From: Candidatus Kapaibacterium sp.
GTDB lineage: Bacteria > Bacteroidota > Ignavibacteria > OLB7
NCBI GenBank assembly: GCA_050248595.1
Contig: JBFWSB010000002.1
Span: forward strand, 1 to 44,331
DNA: 44,331 nt
Direction of reading: 5' to 3'
The translations under genes and the position numbers were made by a program. The notes beneath the pieces are model-generated. The model did not search any database. It saw only the letters and a program-made list of their open reading frames with translations, and was not told the origin of the DNA. Below are positions 26,514-35,356 of this stretch, piece after piece; within the stretch, counting starts at the first letter, position 1; each line of letters begins with the position of its first letter.

Positions 26514-27305
26514 ATGAATCGGATTGAACGGGAAGAATTGCTTCGGCGATACTTGGAAGGAGAAATGAACCTGCAAGGGGAACATGACTTCTTTATCCAA
26601 GTTGCTCTGGACAAAGAGTTGCGGCACGAGCTGAAGGCGCAGCAGACAATAGAGAGAGCATTCCAGAAAGATCGCGTTAGTGACAGTGTGAACTACAGCA
26701 CAATTCAAGCGGGTGTAACGGCAATGCTTGCAACTCTTCCACAGTCACCAGCTGAAGCGGAATCGGTAGAGGCTCCCCCAAGCAAGTCCACGAAGTCAAA
26801 TCTCTATCGCTATCTGTTTGGAGCAGGAATATTCCTGCTGTTGGGAATCACATTCTTCACACTCAACTTCTCCGGAGAGACAACCTTGATGCGAAGCGTT
26901 GCACCGGAGATGCAAGAGCAGGGGACACAATTGCAGCAAACCGAGAGCACCGTGGTCTCAAGTCAAGAGAACAACAACTCGGCAGAGCCGATGGATAGAT
27001 CGGGAGATGTGGAGGTGAATAGTACTGAGAGAGATTCCGAACATCCCAAACCACATTTTAGCAGACCGTCACGCAGCAACAAAGTTGTGACATCTCCTCT
27101 GTCAAAAAGAGGAGATGTCAACGAGAATTTTGGTAAAAGTGATTCAACAACACCTGAAACTAACTTCGCTTCGCAAGCAAGTATTCTGGAGTCTACAACC
27201 GACACGCTAAACAATACCAAACAGCAAAACCAAGTGCTGAAGCAAGAAGACAGCATCAAAGTTGGAGCAAAACTTGAGTGGAAAAACAAACCAATCAATA
27301 ATTGA
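26514..27305 (+). CDS. Putative single-pass anti-sigma factor (non-ZAS) with a low-complexity extracytoplasmic tail
   Basis: 263 aa, starting 27 nt after the sigma gene. It has a helical N-terminal ~60 aa and one TM segment (LYRYLFGAGIFLLLGITFFTLNF), followed by an S/T/N/Q/E-rich region. There is no HxxxCxxC motif. The call rests on position and topology only. Confidence 0.6.
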   Translation: MNRIEREELLRRYLEGEMNLQGEHDFFIQVALDKELRHELKAQQTIERAFQKDRVSDSVNYSTIQAGVTAMLATLPQSPAEAESVEAPPSKSTKSNLYRYLFGAGIFLLLGITFFTLNFSGETTLMRSVAPEMQEQGTQLQQTESTVVSSQENNNSAEPMDRSGDVEVNSTERDSEHPKPHFSRPSRSNKVVTSPLSKRGDVNENFGKSDSTTPETNFASQASILESTTDTLNNTKQQNQVLKQEDSIKVGAKLEWKNKPINN

Positions 27306-27385
27306 TTGCGTGCAATTATAGGGTTGGCAATTCAGATATGTGCCGGTAGTATTTCAAAGAGACGTTCACCTACGAGAAGAGAATC

Positions 27386-27403
27386 ACCACGAAGAACACC
27401 AAG
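27386..27403. repeat. Dispersed 18-mer, reverse-complement copy with one mismatch
   Basis: The sequence accacgaagaacaccaag is the reverse complement of cttggtgttcttCgtggt. It lies 81 nt 3' of the anti-sigma stop. Confidence 0.6.
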
Positions 27404-27756
27404 GGTCACCAAGAGTTCATTATACTTCACGTGCTCAATAATACCGACCCAAGAGGAGTAGAAGACAAATCCTTCTCTTGTGTTGATAATGCTCTAAGCA
27501 TTGGGTAGAAGGATACACGGCTCCCCCTCTTTCTCACGGCAACGACAACTGACTCCGTAACGATCTGCCCGACGGTTCCTTCAGCCGTCGGGCAGATTCA
27601 TGAATGGCAACAGATAGAAGACCGATTCCCCATGATTTGGCTGTTCTATCTCCTCTCCGGTATTTATATTCCCTTCTTTGAGGAGTAAAGGAAACTCCAC
27701 AACAGTTCCATTACTACGTTCACTATGTTCCCGGAAAGGGATCTTACAAAAAGATT

Positions 27757-29226
27757 ATGCAGATACTCTCTACATCATTCGGATTGCTTGCGCTCATTGC
27801 TTTGATAAGCTCATCTTGCACAACAACGGCTCAAACAATTGACGTTGAGCTTGTCCCGGCCTTCCCCAACCTGACGTTTCCGCAGCCCACAGACATTCAA
27901 AATGCGGGGGATGGATCGAACAGACTCTTTGTCTGCGAGAAGACAGGGTTTCTGCACGTCTTTCCAAACAATCCCGATGTCTCGGAGACAACACTTTTTC
28001 TCGACCTAAGCACTCGCGTCACTACCCAGTCGGAAATGGGATTGTTAGGGTTAGCCTTCCACCCGAACTACGAAGAGAACGGCTTCTTCTATGTCTACTA
28101 TAACGTCCAGCGAGGGAACAAACTCTACACGATTATCTCGCGCTTCAGTGTCGACTCTGAGGATCCGAACAAGGCCGACATCAACTCCGAACTTGTTCTG
28201 ATGGAAATTGAACAACCCTTCGGGAACCATGATGGCGGACAGATTGCATTTGGCCCAGATGATGGCTACCTATATATCGCGTTGGGTGACGGCGGTTCTG
28301 GTGGTGACCCACTGAACTCTGGACAAGACCTCCGCTCACCTCTCGGAAAGATTCTCCGCATCGACGTCGACAACACTGATGGAGATAAGAACTACAGCAT
28401 CCCCGCAACGAACCCGTTTGCCACGAACAGCGAGTACGTTCAGGAAATCTATGCTTGGGGATTGCGCAACCCGTGGCGCTTCAGCTTCGACCCACCTACC
28501 GGAAGACTCTGGGCTGGTGATGTGGGGCAGGATAAGTGGGAAGAGATTGACATTATCGAGAAGGGGGGGAACTACGGCTGGCGAGTAACCGAGGGTTGGC
28601 ACTGCTACAATCCGAACAACAACTGCGATTCCATCGGGTTGATCGGCCCAGTTTGGGAGTACAGCCACAGCGTCGGCCAGTCGATTACTGGCGGATATGT
28701 CTACCGTGGTTCAAACGTTCCAGCACTTGAGGGGATGTATATCTACGGTGACTTCTCAAGCTCTCGCATCTGGGCGTTGGACTATCAGAGTCCAGAAGAT
28801 GTCTCCAACATTCTTCTAACAACGGCTCCTCTCGGTGTTTCTACCTTTGGAATTGATGAGAGCAACGAACTCTACGTGACAGGGTTTGGTTCAAATCAAA
28901 CCAATCGGAAGATTTACAAGTTTGTTGACCCATCGGGTAATGTTGAAGGTGGGGAGTTAAACGCAGAGGCAACGCTCCACCCTGCCATCCCAAACCCTGC
29001 ACGCTCTCGGGTGACGATTCCCTACGATCTCGATGGTAGTATGCAAGTCTCAATCACGATCTTCAACAGTATCGGCGAAGAGATTGCCCAACTAATCAAC
29101 CAGAAGAAAGAAGTGGGAGAACATCAGGTTGAGTTCGACACAACGGAGATTCCGGGTGGAATCTACTACGTACAACTCACAACGGAGAAAGGACAGGTAA
29201 CGCGGAAGTTGACGGTAGAGCATTGA
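27757..29226 (+). CDS. PQQ-dependent (soluble glucose/sorbosone dehydrogenase, HHIP-like) beta-propeller protein with T9SS CTD - paralog 1
   Basis: 489 aa with a signal peptide. SGDH motifs: GLLGLAFHPNYEENGFFYVYY, HDGGQIAFGPDDGYLYIALGDGG, AWGLRNPWRFSFDPPTGRLWAGDVGQDKWEEIDIIEKGGNYGWRVTEG. CTD: LHPAIPNPARSRVTIPYDL...ITIFNSIGEEI...GIYYVQLTTEKG. Confidence 0.85.
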   Translation: MQILSTSFGLLALIALISSSCTTTAQTIDVELVPAFPNLTFPQPTDIQNAGDGSNRLFVCEKTGFLHVFPNNPDVSETTLFLDLSTRVTTQSEMGLLGLAFHPNYEENGFFYVYYNVQRGNKLYTIISRFSVDSEDPNKADINSELVLMEIEQPFGNHDGGQIAFGPDDGYLYIALGDGGSGGDPLNSGQDLRSPLGKILRIDVDNTDGDKNYSIPATNPFATNSEYVQEIYAWGLRNPWRFSFDPPTGRLWAGDVGQDKWEEIDIIEKGGNYGWRVTEGWHCYNPNNNCDSIGLIGPVWEYSHSVGQSITGGYVYRGSNVPALEGMYIYGDFSSSRIWALDYQSPEDVSNILLTTAPLGVSTFGIDESNELYVTGFGSNQTNRKIYKFVDPSGNVEGGELNAEATLHPAIPNPARSRVTIPYDLDGSMQVSITIFNSIGEEIAQLINQKKEVGEHQVEFDTTEIPGGIYYVQLTTEKGQVTRKLTVEH

Positions 29227-29240
29227 GTAAGCTTTGAGTC

Positions 29241-29277
29241 GTGAGCTACGAGCATTACAATGTTGCTCGTAGCTCAC
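29241..29277 (+). terminator. Strong intercistronic hairpin between paralogs 1 and 2
   Basis: gtgagctacgagca / tgctcgtagctcac form a 14-bp perfect stem with a 9-nt loop, starting 15 nt after the stop. No T-run follows, so it could be a terminator, an attenuator or an RNA-processing site. Confidence 0.5.
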
Positions 29278-29305
29278 AGCCAACTAACATAGGTGCGAGA
29301 CAACG

Positions 29306-30526
29306 ATGTACTGTCACCCTGCCAAAAATGTTCGGAAAGTTGTTCAGATGGTATTTAGCGGTCTGTTTTCTACACTGCTGATACTCACCCCCTTCGTTGA
29401 ATTGCAGAGCCAATCTGTTGATGTTAACAGTACCTCGACTTTCCCCAACCTCCCACTCAACAACGTTCGCATTACGAAAATGCAGTTCGCTCCAGATGGA
29501 TCGAACCGTTGGTTTATCTGCGAACAGAATGGTGTTCTCTGGACTGCAAAGAATAGCGTGACAACCAATCGTGCAGACACCCTCTTCGACTTTCGGCAGA
29601 AGATTGTCTCTACCGACGAGGCGGGATTGCTCGGCCTTGCGTTCGATCCAGATTTCCTGACCAACCGCTTCATCTACCTGAACTACACGATACAGCGGAA
29701 TGACTCCCTCTGGACGTTGATTACCCGACTCACACTCACCGCAACCGATCCGCCAGAAGTTCTTCCCTCATCGGAACAAGTTCTGATGGAAATCTATCAA
29801 CCCTACCCAACACACAACGGAGGAGAGATTGCCTTCGGGCCGCAGGATCACTATCTCTACATCAGCACTGGGGATGGTGGAGGATTTGGTGACCCCTTCA
29901 ACCGAGCACAAGACCTTCGCTCACCTCTCGGAAAGATTCTCTGTATCGACGTGAAGAACCCTGCGCCGGGAAAAGCCTACAGCATCCCGGTAACAAATCC
30001 GTTTGCTGGAAACAGCCACTACAGAGAAGAGATTTACGCTTGGGGTTTGCGCAACCCGTGGCGTTTCAGTTTCGACAAAGAGACGGGAAGACTCTGGGCT
30101 GGTGATGTCGGGCAGAACGCATCTGAGGAGATCAACATCATCGAGCGTGGGGGGAACTACGGCTGGCGCGTGATGGAAGGCTTCCACTGTTTTGATCGAG
30201 ACGACCCGCTCAACCTGACAAAGGTGTGTGACTCCACATCGTTGATTGCACCTCTATACGAATATCTTCACGTAGATTTAAGCAGTGGTTACTCGATCAC
30301 CGGCGGCTATCTCTACCGTGGCAAACAAATTCCTGAGCTTGAAGGATGGTATATCTACGGCGACCTCTCTACCGGAAAGATCTGGGGTTTAGGTGATGAT
30401 GGAAACGGTACGATCACAAATATCGAGTTGATCGACACGGATCACCTGATTACAACATTTGGCGTCGACGACAAGGGAGAACTCTACTACGGAACACTTG
30501 GTCAGGGAATTTACAAACTACAGTGA
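29306..30526 (+). CDS. PQQ-dependent sugar dehydrogenase-like beta-propeller - paralog 2 (no T9SS CTD)
   Basis: 406 aa. It carries the same motif set: GLLGLAFDPDF, HNGGEIAFGPQDHYLYISTGDGG, AWGLRNPWRFSFDKETGRLWAGDVGQNASEEINIIERGGNYGWRVMEG. It ends at the propeller (GQGIYKLQ*) with no sorting domain. The signal-like segment is LFSTLLILTPFVELQSQ, and ATG 29348 is an alternative start. Confidence 0.85.
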   Translation: MYCHPAKNVRKVVQMVFSGLFSTLLILTPFVELQSQSVDVNSTSTFPNLPLNNVRITKMQFAPDGSNRWFICEQNGVLWTAKNSVTTNRADTLFDFRQKIVSTDEAGLLGLAFDPDFLTNRFIYLNYTIQRNDSLWTLITRLTLTATDPPEVLPSSEQVLMEIYQPYPTHNGGEIAFGPQDHYLYISTGDGGGFGDPFNRAQDLRSPLGKILCIDVKNPAPGKAYSIPVTNPFAGNSHYREEIYAWGLRNPWRFSFDKETGRLWAGDVGQNASEEINIIERGGNYGWRVMEGFHCFDRDDPLNLTKVCDSTSLIAPLYEYLHVDLSSGYSITGGYLYRGKQIPELEGWYIYGDLSTGKIWGLGDDGNGTITNIELIDTDHLITTFGVDDKGELYYGTLGQGIYKLQ

Positions 30527-30539
30527 TGGAAGTACTCAA

Positions 30540-31055
30540 ATGAAAGAACTGGCAGATAGCATAGCTCAACTTCAATCGACTATCCCAACACTTCAGGGAA
30601 TGTTGGGATCGGTCAGGAACGAAGAATGGAACTGGCGGCCCAAACCAGATGCATGGTCAATCCTCGACGTTGTGAACCACTTGGCTGATGAAGAGCGGGT
30701 AGACTTTCGAGTACGGCTCGACTTAACTCTGCACCACCCCGAGAAAGATTGGCCGGGAATCGATCCAGAAAGTGCAGTAAAGAACAATCTCTACCAGAAT
30801 CGTTCTCTTCAGGAAGCACTTGACGACTTCGTTGCTGAGCGAGAACGTTCACTACAATGGTTGGCAACGCTCGACAAACCAGACTGGAATTCCACACACA
30901 CGCACCCACTTTTCGGTCCAATGCAGGCCGGAACCTTAATGGCTTCTTGGGTTGGGCACGACCTTCTCCACCTCCGGCAAATAGCTCGGTTGCGGTGGGA
31001 CTATCTTGCTCAGCAAGCGGCTCCCTACTCGTTGCGCTACGCGGGAGATTGGTAA
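30540..31055 (+). CDS. DinB-family (DinB_2-like four-helix bundle) protein
   Basis: The track ORF 30459.. overlaps paralog 2. I prefer ATG 30540 (MKELADSIAQLQ). Motifs: WNWRPKPDAWSILDVVNHLADEE and WVGHDLLHLRQIARL, which supply the His residues characteristic of DinB-fold metal sites. Confidence 0.8.
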   Translation: MKELADSIAQLQSTIPTLQGMLGSVRNEEWNWRPKPDAWSILDVVNHLADEERVDFRVRLDLTLHHPEKDWPGIDPESAVKNNLYQNRSLQEALDDFVAERERSLQWLATLDKPDWNSTHTHPLFGPMQAGTLMASWVGHDLLHLRQIARLRWDYLAQQAAPYSLRYAGDW

Positions 31056-31197
31056 GTCTTCGGGGACGATTCTCAAGTCGGGGAGGCTTCACCTGTATCG
31101 GTCTCCCATCTCTGCGGTCATTTTTACCATCCTAATTTGTGCAGAGCTTATTATCTTCTGCTCAACCAGAATATCATTACGCAACAGTGCTGCAATC

Positions 31198-32661
31198 ATG
31201 CCACCGTTACTCCGGCTCTTCATTCTTCTAATTCCCCTTCTTCTACCGGCACTGCTACGTGCACAATCTATCTCGCTCGACATTGTGGAAGCATTCCCGA
31301 AGATTTCAACTCCGTTCAACGAGGTAACCGACATTCAGAATGCGGCAGATGGATCGAACCGTCTCTTCGTCTCGCGCAGAACAGGAGAGATTTACGTCTT
31401 CGACAACAACCCAGAGGTAACCGAATCGAAGCTCTTTCTCGACCTAACCGGTGTGGTTACTACCGACTACTACGAATCGGGGCTTCTCGGCTTTGCACTC
31501 CACCCAAACTTTTCGGAGAACGGATACATCTTTGTCTACTACATGGTGCGGAGAGGTCTCTACTTCTACACGCGGATTTCTCGATTTACCCACAACTCCG
31601 CAAGCTCAGACCCAATTGACCTATCAACCGAAGTCAACCTGTTCGATTTTCGGCAACCGGCAATCCACCATAACGGTGGCCAAGTAGGATTTGGTCCTGA
31701 CGGATACCTCTACATCGCTTTAGGTGACGGCGTCGACCCTGACGATCCTTTGAACTCTGGACAAGACCTCCGCTCCATCCTCGGCAAGATTCTCCGCGTT
31801 GACGTTGACAATCCGGCAAATGGCAAGAACTATGGGATTCCCGAGACAAACCCCTTTGCACACAACAGTCAGTACGCACAAGAAATCTACGCCTGGGGTT
31901 TCCGCAATCCGTGGCGATTCAGCTTCGATCAACCGACGGGAAGACTCTGGGTTGGTGATGTAGGGCAGTTCAATTGGGAGGAAGTGAACTTGGTGCAGAA
32001 AGGGGGGAACTATGGTTGGCGCGTGATGGAGGGATACCACTGCCACGACTCGACGCAGAACTGCGACTCAATCGGATTGATCGGTCCCGTTTGGGAGTAC
32101 AGCCACGACACCAACACACAATCCTCAATTACGGGGGGATACGTCTACCGTGGAACGAACATTCCAGAACTTGACGGGATGTACTTCTACACCGACTTCA
32201 GTACCGGACGTATCTGGATGCTCGACTACCAAGCGAAGGATGATGTGACCAACACGTTGGTAAAAGATTCTGAACTCGTTATCTCAACATTTGGCGTAGA
32301 TGAGGGGGGAGAGATCTACATCGGCAACTATGTCGATGGGAAGCTCTACAAGTTTGCGCGACGTTTAGGAGGGGTGGCAGAGGAAGAGGGTGATAACATT
32401 CAAGCAATACTCCACCCCACTCTTCCAAACCCGGCACATGATCGAGTGACGATTCCCTACTCAATCAACCGCAGAGCATCGGTCAGCCTTGCGATGTTCA
32501 ACACCCAAGGGAATCAGGTAGAACAGATTATTGAGAAGGTTCAGGAGAGTGGGGAATATCGTGCTGAGGTTGACGTGAGAGGGCTTCCCGACGGGATATA
32601 CTATATCCAGTTAACAGCAGGGTCTACACAGGTTGCCCGGAAAATAACCGTGATCCATTGA
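31198..32661 (+). CDS. PQQ-dependent sugar dehydrogenase-like beta-propeller with T9SS CTD - paralog 3
   Basis: The track ORF starts at 31006, inside the DinB gene. I prefer ATG 31198 (MPPLLRLFILLIPLLLPALLRAQS, a signal peptide). It has the same SGDH motifs as paralog 1. CTD: LHPTLPNPAHDRVTIPYSI...LAMFNTQGNQV...GIYYIQLTAGS. Confidence 0.85.
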   Translation: MPPLLRLFILLIPLLLPALLRAQSISLDIVEAFPKISTPFNEVTDIQNAADGSNRLFVSRRTGEIYVFDNNPEVTESKLFLDLTGVVTTDYYESGLLGFALHPNFSENGYIFVYYMVRRGLYFYTRISRFTHNSASSDPIDLSTEVNLFDFRQPAIHHNGGQVGFGPDGYLYIALGDGVDPDDPLNSGQDLRSILGKILRVDVDNPANGKNYGIPETNPFAHNSQYAQEIYAWGFRNPWRFSFDQPTGRLWVGDVGQFNWEEVNLVQKGGNYGWRVMEGYHCHDSTQNCDSIGLIGPVWEYSHDTNTQSSITGGYVYRGTNIPELDGMYFYTDFSTGRIWMLDYQAKDDVTNTLVKDSELVISTFGVDEGGEIYIGNYVDGKLYKFARRLGGVAEEEGDNIQAILHPTLPNPAHDRVTIPYSINRRASVSLAMFNTQGNQVEQIIEKVQESGEYRAEVDVRGLPDGIYYIQLTAGSTQVARKITVIH

Positions 32662-32835
32662 TCTCTATTCTGCATGTGCAAAACATAGAAATCTCGGTAG
32701 AACAACTACTCCCTCATCTGGTCAGCTATCGATTCAAGATTCTGCTTGTTAGAGTTCAGCTTTACAAGCGGTCGGTCCACCACATACAACATTCATGTAT
32801 TGAATATCCCTATCACCAGAAAACAGGATTTAATC

Positions 32836-34293
32836 ATGCCTTCGATTCTCCGATCCCTATTGTTCCTCCTTACGTTGGCTCTTCCACCCATGCTTACAGC
32901 ACAAAGTGGGAAGTTTGATGTCGTTGAGGCATTTCCTCTACTCACCGATTCATTCAACGAGTTAACTGATATACAGAATGCAGGGGATGGGTCAAATCGG
33001 CTCTTCGTTTCGATACGCCCTGGAATCATCTACTCATTTGTCAACAATTCAACAACAACAACAGCCTCCATCTTCCTCGACATTCGGGATCGTGTGACAA
33101 CTGCGAACTTCGAAACCGGTCTTCTCGGCTTCGCCTTCCACCCAAACTTTGCCGAGAATGGTTACTTCTACGTTCACTATCTCATGCTCATTAATGGAAA
33201 ATTTTATACCCGCATCTCCCGCTTTACTGTTGACGCTGGAAACCCTGCAATTGCAGACACAACAACAGAGCAGATTCTTTTCGATTTTCAACAGCCAGGC
33301 TTTAACCACAACGGCGGACAACTTGCATTTGGCCCCGACGGCTATCTCTACATCGGTTTAGGTGATGGAATTGATCCGTGGGATCCACTGAACTCCGGAC
33401 AAGACCTGCGTTCGATTCTCGGTACAATTCTCCGGATTGACGTTGACAGGCCAGATGAAACAAGACCCTATAGCATTCCCCCAACGAACCCATTTGCCGG
33501 AAACTCACACTATCGAAACGAAATCTATGCTTGGGGCTTGCGCAACCCGTGGCGGTTCAGTTTCGATCCTCCAACTGGTAGACTTTGGGCGGGAGATGTT
33601 GGGCAATATCAGCGAGAAGAGGTTGACATTGTTGAGAAGGGAGGGAACTATGGCTGGCGAATGATGGAAGGATACAGGTGTGGCAATCCGACTGATCAGT
33701 GTGACTCCACTGGGTTGATAAGCCCAGTGTGGGAATATCGACACAACGACGCTGAAGCCTCAGTTACTGGAGGCTTTGTCTATCGAGGGACAGCAATCCC
33801 AAGACTTCAGGGGATCTATATCTACGCTGACTTCCCAACCGGTCGGATTTGGGGATTAGATTACAAAGAAAAAGATGACGTTACGAACAGTCTGATTAAG
33901 GATACAGAACTCGTAATCTCGTCGTTCGGCATTGATGAAGGGAAGGAGTTATTCATTGGAGATTACGTTGGGGGTAGACTCTACCGATTTGCCGACATCA
34001 CTGGAGGAGTGAACGAGAAGGGTGACGAAGTATATGCAACACTCAACCCGGCAATACCAAATCCAGTCAACGCGGAGGTTGTTATCCCCTACGAAATCGC
34101 GGAACGCTCAGCAGTCACTCTTATACTGGTAAACAGTCTCGGGGAAAGAATCGCAACGTTAGTCAATAAAACCCAAAGGGCTGGAGAGCACCAATCTGCA
34201 TTCGATGTAAGCGATATGCCAGAGGGTATCTATTATATTCAACTGAGTACCGGTTCTTCCCACATCACGCGGAAGCTGACGGTGATACATTGA
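32836..34293 (+). CDS. PQQ-dependent sugar dehydrogenase-like beta-propeller with T9SS CTD - paralog 4
   Basis: The track ORF starts at 32746. I prefer ATG 32836 (MPSILRSLLFLLTLALPPMLTAQS). It has the same motif set. CTD: LNPAIPNPVNAEVVIPYEI...LILVNSLGERI...GIYYIQLSTGS. Confidence 0.85.
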   Translation: MPSILRSLLFLLTLALPPMLTAQSGKFDVVEAFPLLTDSFNELTDIQNAGDGSNRLFVSIRPGIIYSFVNNSTTTTASIFLDIRDRVTTANFETGLLGFAFHPNFAENGYFYVHYLMLINGKFYTRISRFTVDAGNPAIADTTTEQILFDFQQPGFNHNGGQLAFGPDGYLYIGLGDGIDPWDPLNSGQDLRSILGTILRIDVDRPDETRPYSIPPTNPFAGNSHYRNEIYAWGLRNPWRFSFDPPTGRLWAGDVGQYQREEVDIVEKGGNYGWRMMEGYRCGNPTDQCDSTGLISPVWEYRHNDAEASVTGGFVYRGTAIPRLQGIYIYADFPTGRIWGLDYKEKDDVTNSLIKDTELVISSFGIDEGKELFIGDYVGGRLYRFADITGGVNEKGDEVYATLNPAIPNPVNAEVVIPYEIAERSAVTLILVNSLGERIATLVNKTQRAGEHQSAFDVSDMPEGIYYIQLSTGSSHITRKLTVIH

Positions 34294-34312
34294 AGTAGGA
34301 ATTGAAAGCTCT

Positions 34313-34747
34313 ATGCGCCACAAGCAAACAAGCATTTCAGACAACAACTCGACCTATACTCTTGTCTTCGACAAAGATGATAAGGTGATGGAGGAGCTTC
34401 AGAGATTTGCCGTTGAGCAGCAGATTACCGCGGCAAGTTTTGTTGGGCTTGGGGCATTCAGTAGCGCAACGTTAGCTTTCTATGATAGGCAGACGAAAGG
34501 GTACGATCCAATTCCGGTTGAAGAGCAGACCGAAGTGCTGAACGTTACCGGCAACATCGCGATCTACAACGGCGAGCCGCGCCTTCACGTTCACGCTACG
34601 CTCGGCAAACCAGATGGCTCAACTATCGGTGGACATTTAGTGGAAGGGATCGTCTGGCCAACACTGGAACTCTCACTCTTCGCGTGGGGAGTTATTCTGG
34701 AACGAGAGATGGACGAAGAGACCGGGCTTCCTCTGCTGAAGCCGTGA
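34313..34747 (+). CDS. PPC (DUF296) domain protein
   Basis: 144 aa. The pattern LVFDKDDKVMEELQRFAVEQQITAASFVGLGAFSSATLAFYD...EVLNVTGNIA...PRLHVHATLGKPDGSTIGGHLVEG matches the PPC/DUF296 fold signature from memory. It starts 19 nt after paralog 4. Confidence 0.75.
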   Translation: MRHKQTSISDNNSTYTLVFDKDDKVMEELQRFAVEQQITAASFVGLGAFSSATLAFYDRQTKGYDPIPVEEQTEVLNVTGNIAIYNGEPRLHVHATLGKPDGSTIGGHLVEGIVWPTLELSLFAWGVILEREMDEETGLPLLKP

Positions 34748-34752
34748 TTTCT

Positions 34753-34812
34753 CTTGGTGTTCTTGGTGGTAAATCATCACGCAAAGCCGCCAAGACGCAA
34801 AGGAGAGATCGT
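34753..34812. repeat. Composite intergenic element: 18-mer cttggtgttcttggtggt plus a cgcaaagg-type motif
   Basis: 34753-34770 is identical to 101-118. 34774-34812 (aatcatcacgcaaagccgccaagacgcaaaggagagatc) resembles the reverse complement of 16829-16872. The element starts 6 nt after the PPC gene stop. Confidence 0.65.
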
Positions 34813-34829
34813 TGATTTACTCCATAAAT

Positions 34830-35354
34830 ATGATGAGAGCCATAGATTACAGACTTCTCCTCTTCTTCCTCACCATTGGTGTTTGGTTGGTTGGGTGCGT
34901 TGAGAAAAACGCTGGCCTTAAAGAGACTGGTCTTCTCAACTGCGATTCGGTGGATATGATGTGGGAGGTTTCAGCTCAGGTTGACAAGAATCAAAGAACA
35001 ATGGGAGATTCAGTCACTGTCGAGTTCCTCACCACCTGCAACGATACTGTCTGGTTTGTTCTCAAGAATCATTTGACAGAATCAATTTGGTATCTACGTG
35101 AAGGGAATCATCCACTCGTTGACATGAGCTACCAGATTGATTCTACTTGGGGTACAGAAAACATTGGCTGCTATACTCAAGCAACATATGAACGAATTCC
35201 TCCCAAAGAAGAGCGGGTTGTTTCTATTCTCTTATCCCCGATGAATAGCACCTTGCAAAAAATAGGTTTTCAAATCTATTTCGATAAAGAAGAAATAATG
35301 GAGATCAGTGGTAGGACACTCGAAAGCCAGCCCCTCCAACGGCGACCCCGCTAA
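34830..35354 (+). CDS. Hypothetical lipoprotein
   Basis: The track ORF starts at TTG 34812; the first ATG is at 34830. There is a lipobox-like LVGC after a hydrophobic stretch (LLLFFLTIGVWLVGC). I recognise no family motif. Confidence 0.55.
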   Translation: MMRAIDYRLLLFFLTIGVWLVGCVEKNAGLKETGLLNCDSVDMMWEVSAQVDKNQRTMGDSVTVEFLTTCNDTVWFVLKNHLTESIWYLREGNHPLVDMSYQIDSTWGTENIGCYTQATYERIPPKEERVVSILLSPMNSTLQKIGFQIYFDKEEIMEISGRTLESQPLQRRPR

Positions 35355-35356
35355 CT

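Noticed and set aside
30613-31092. 159-aa minus-strand ORF
   Set aside because: It is antisense to the DinB-family gene and has no motifs.
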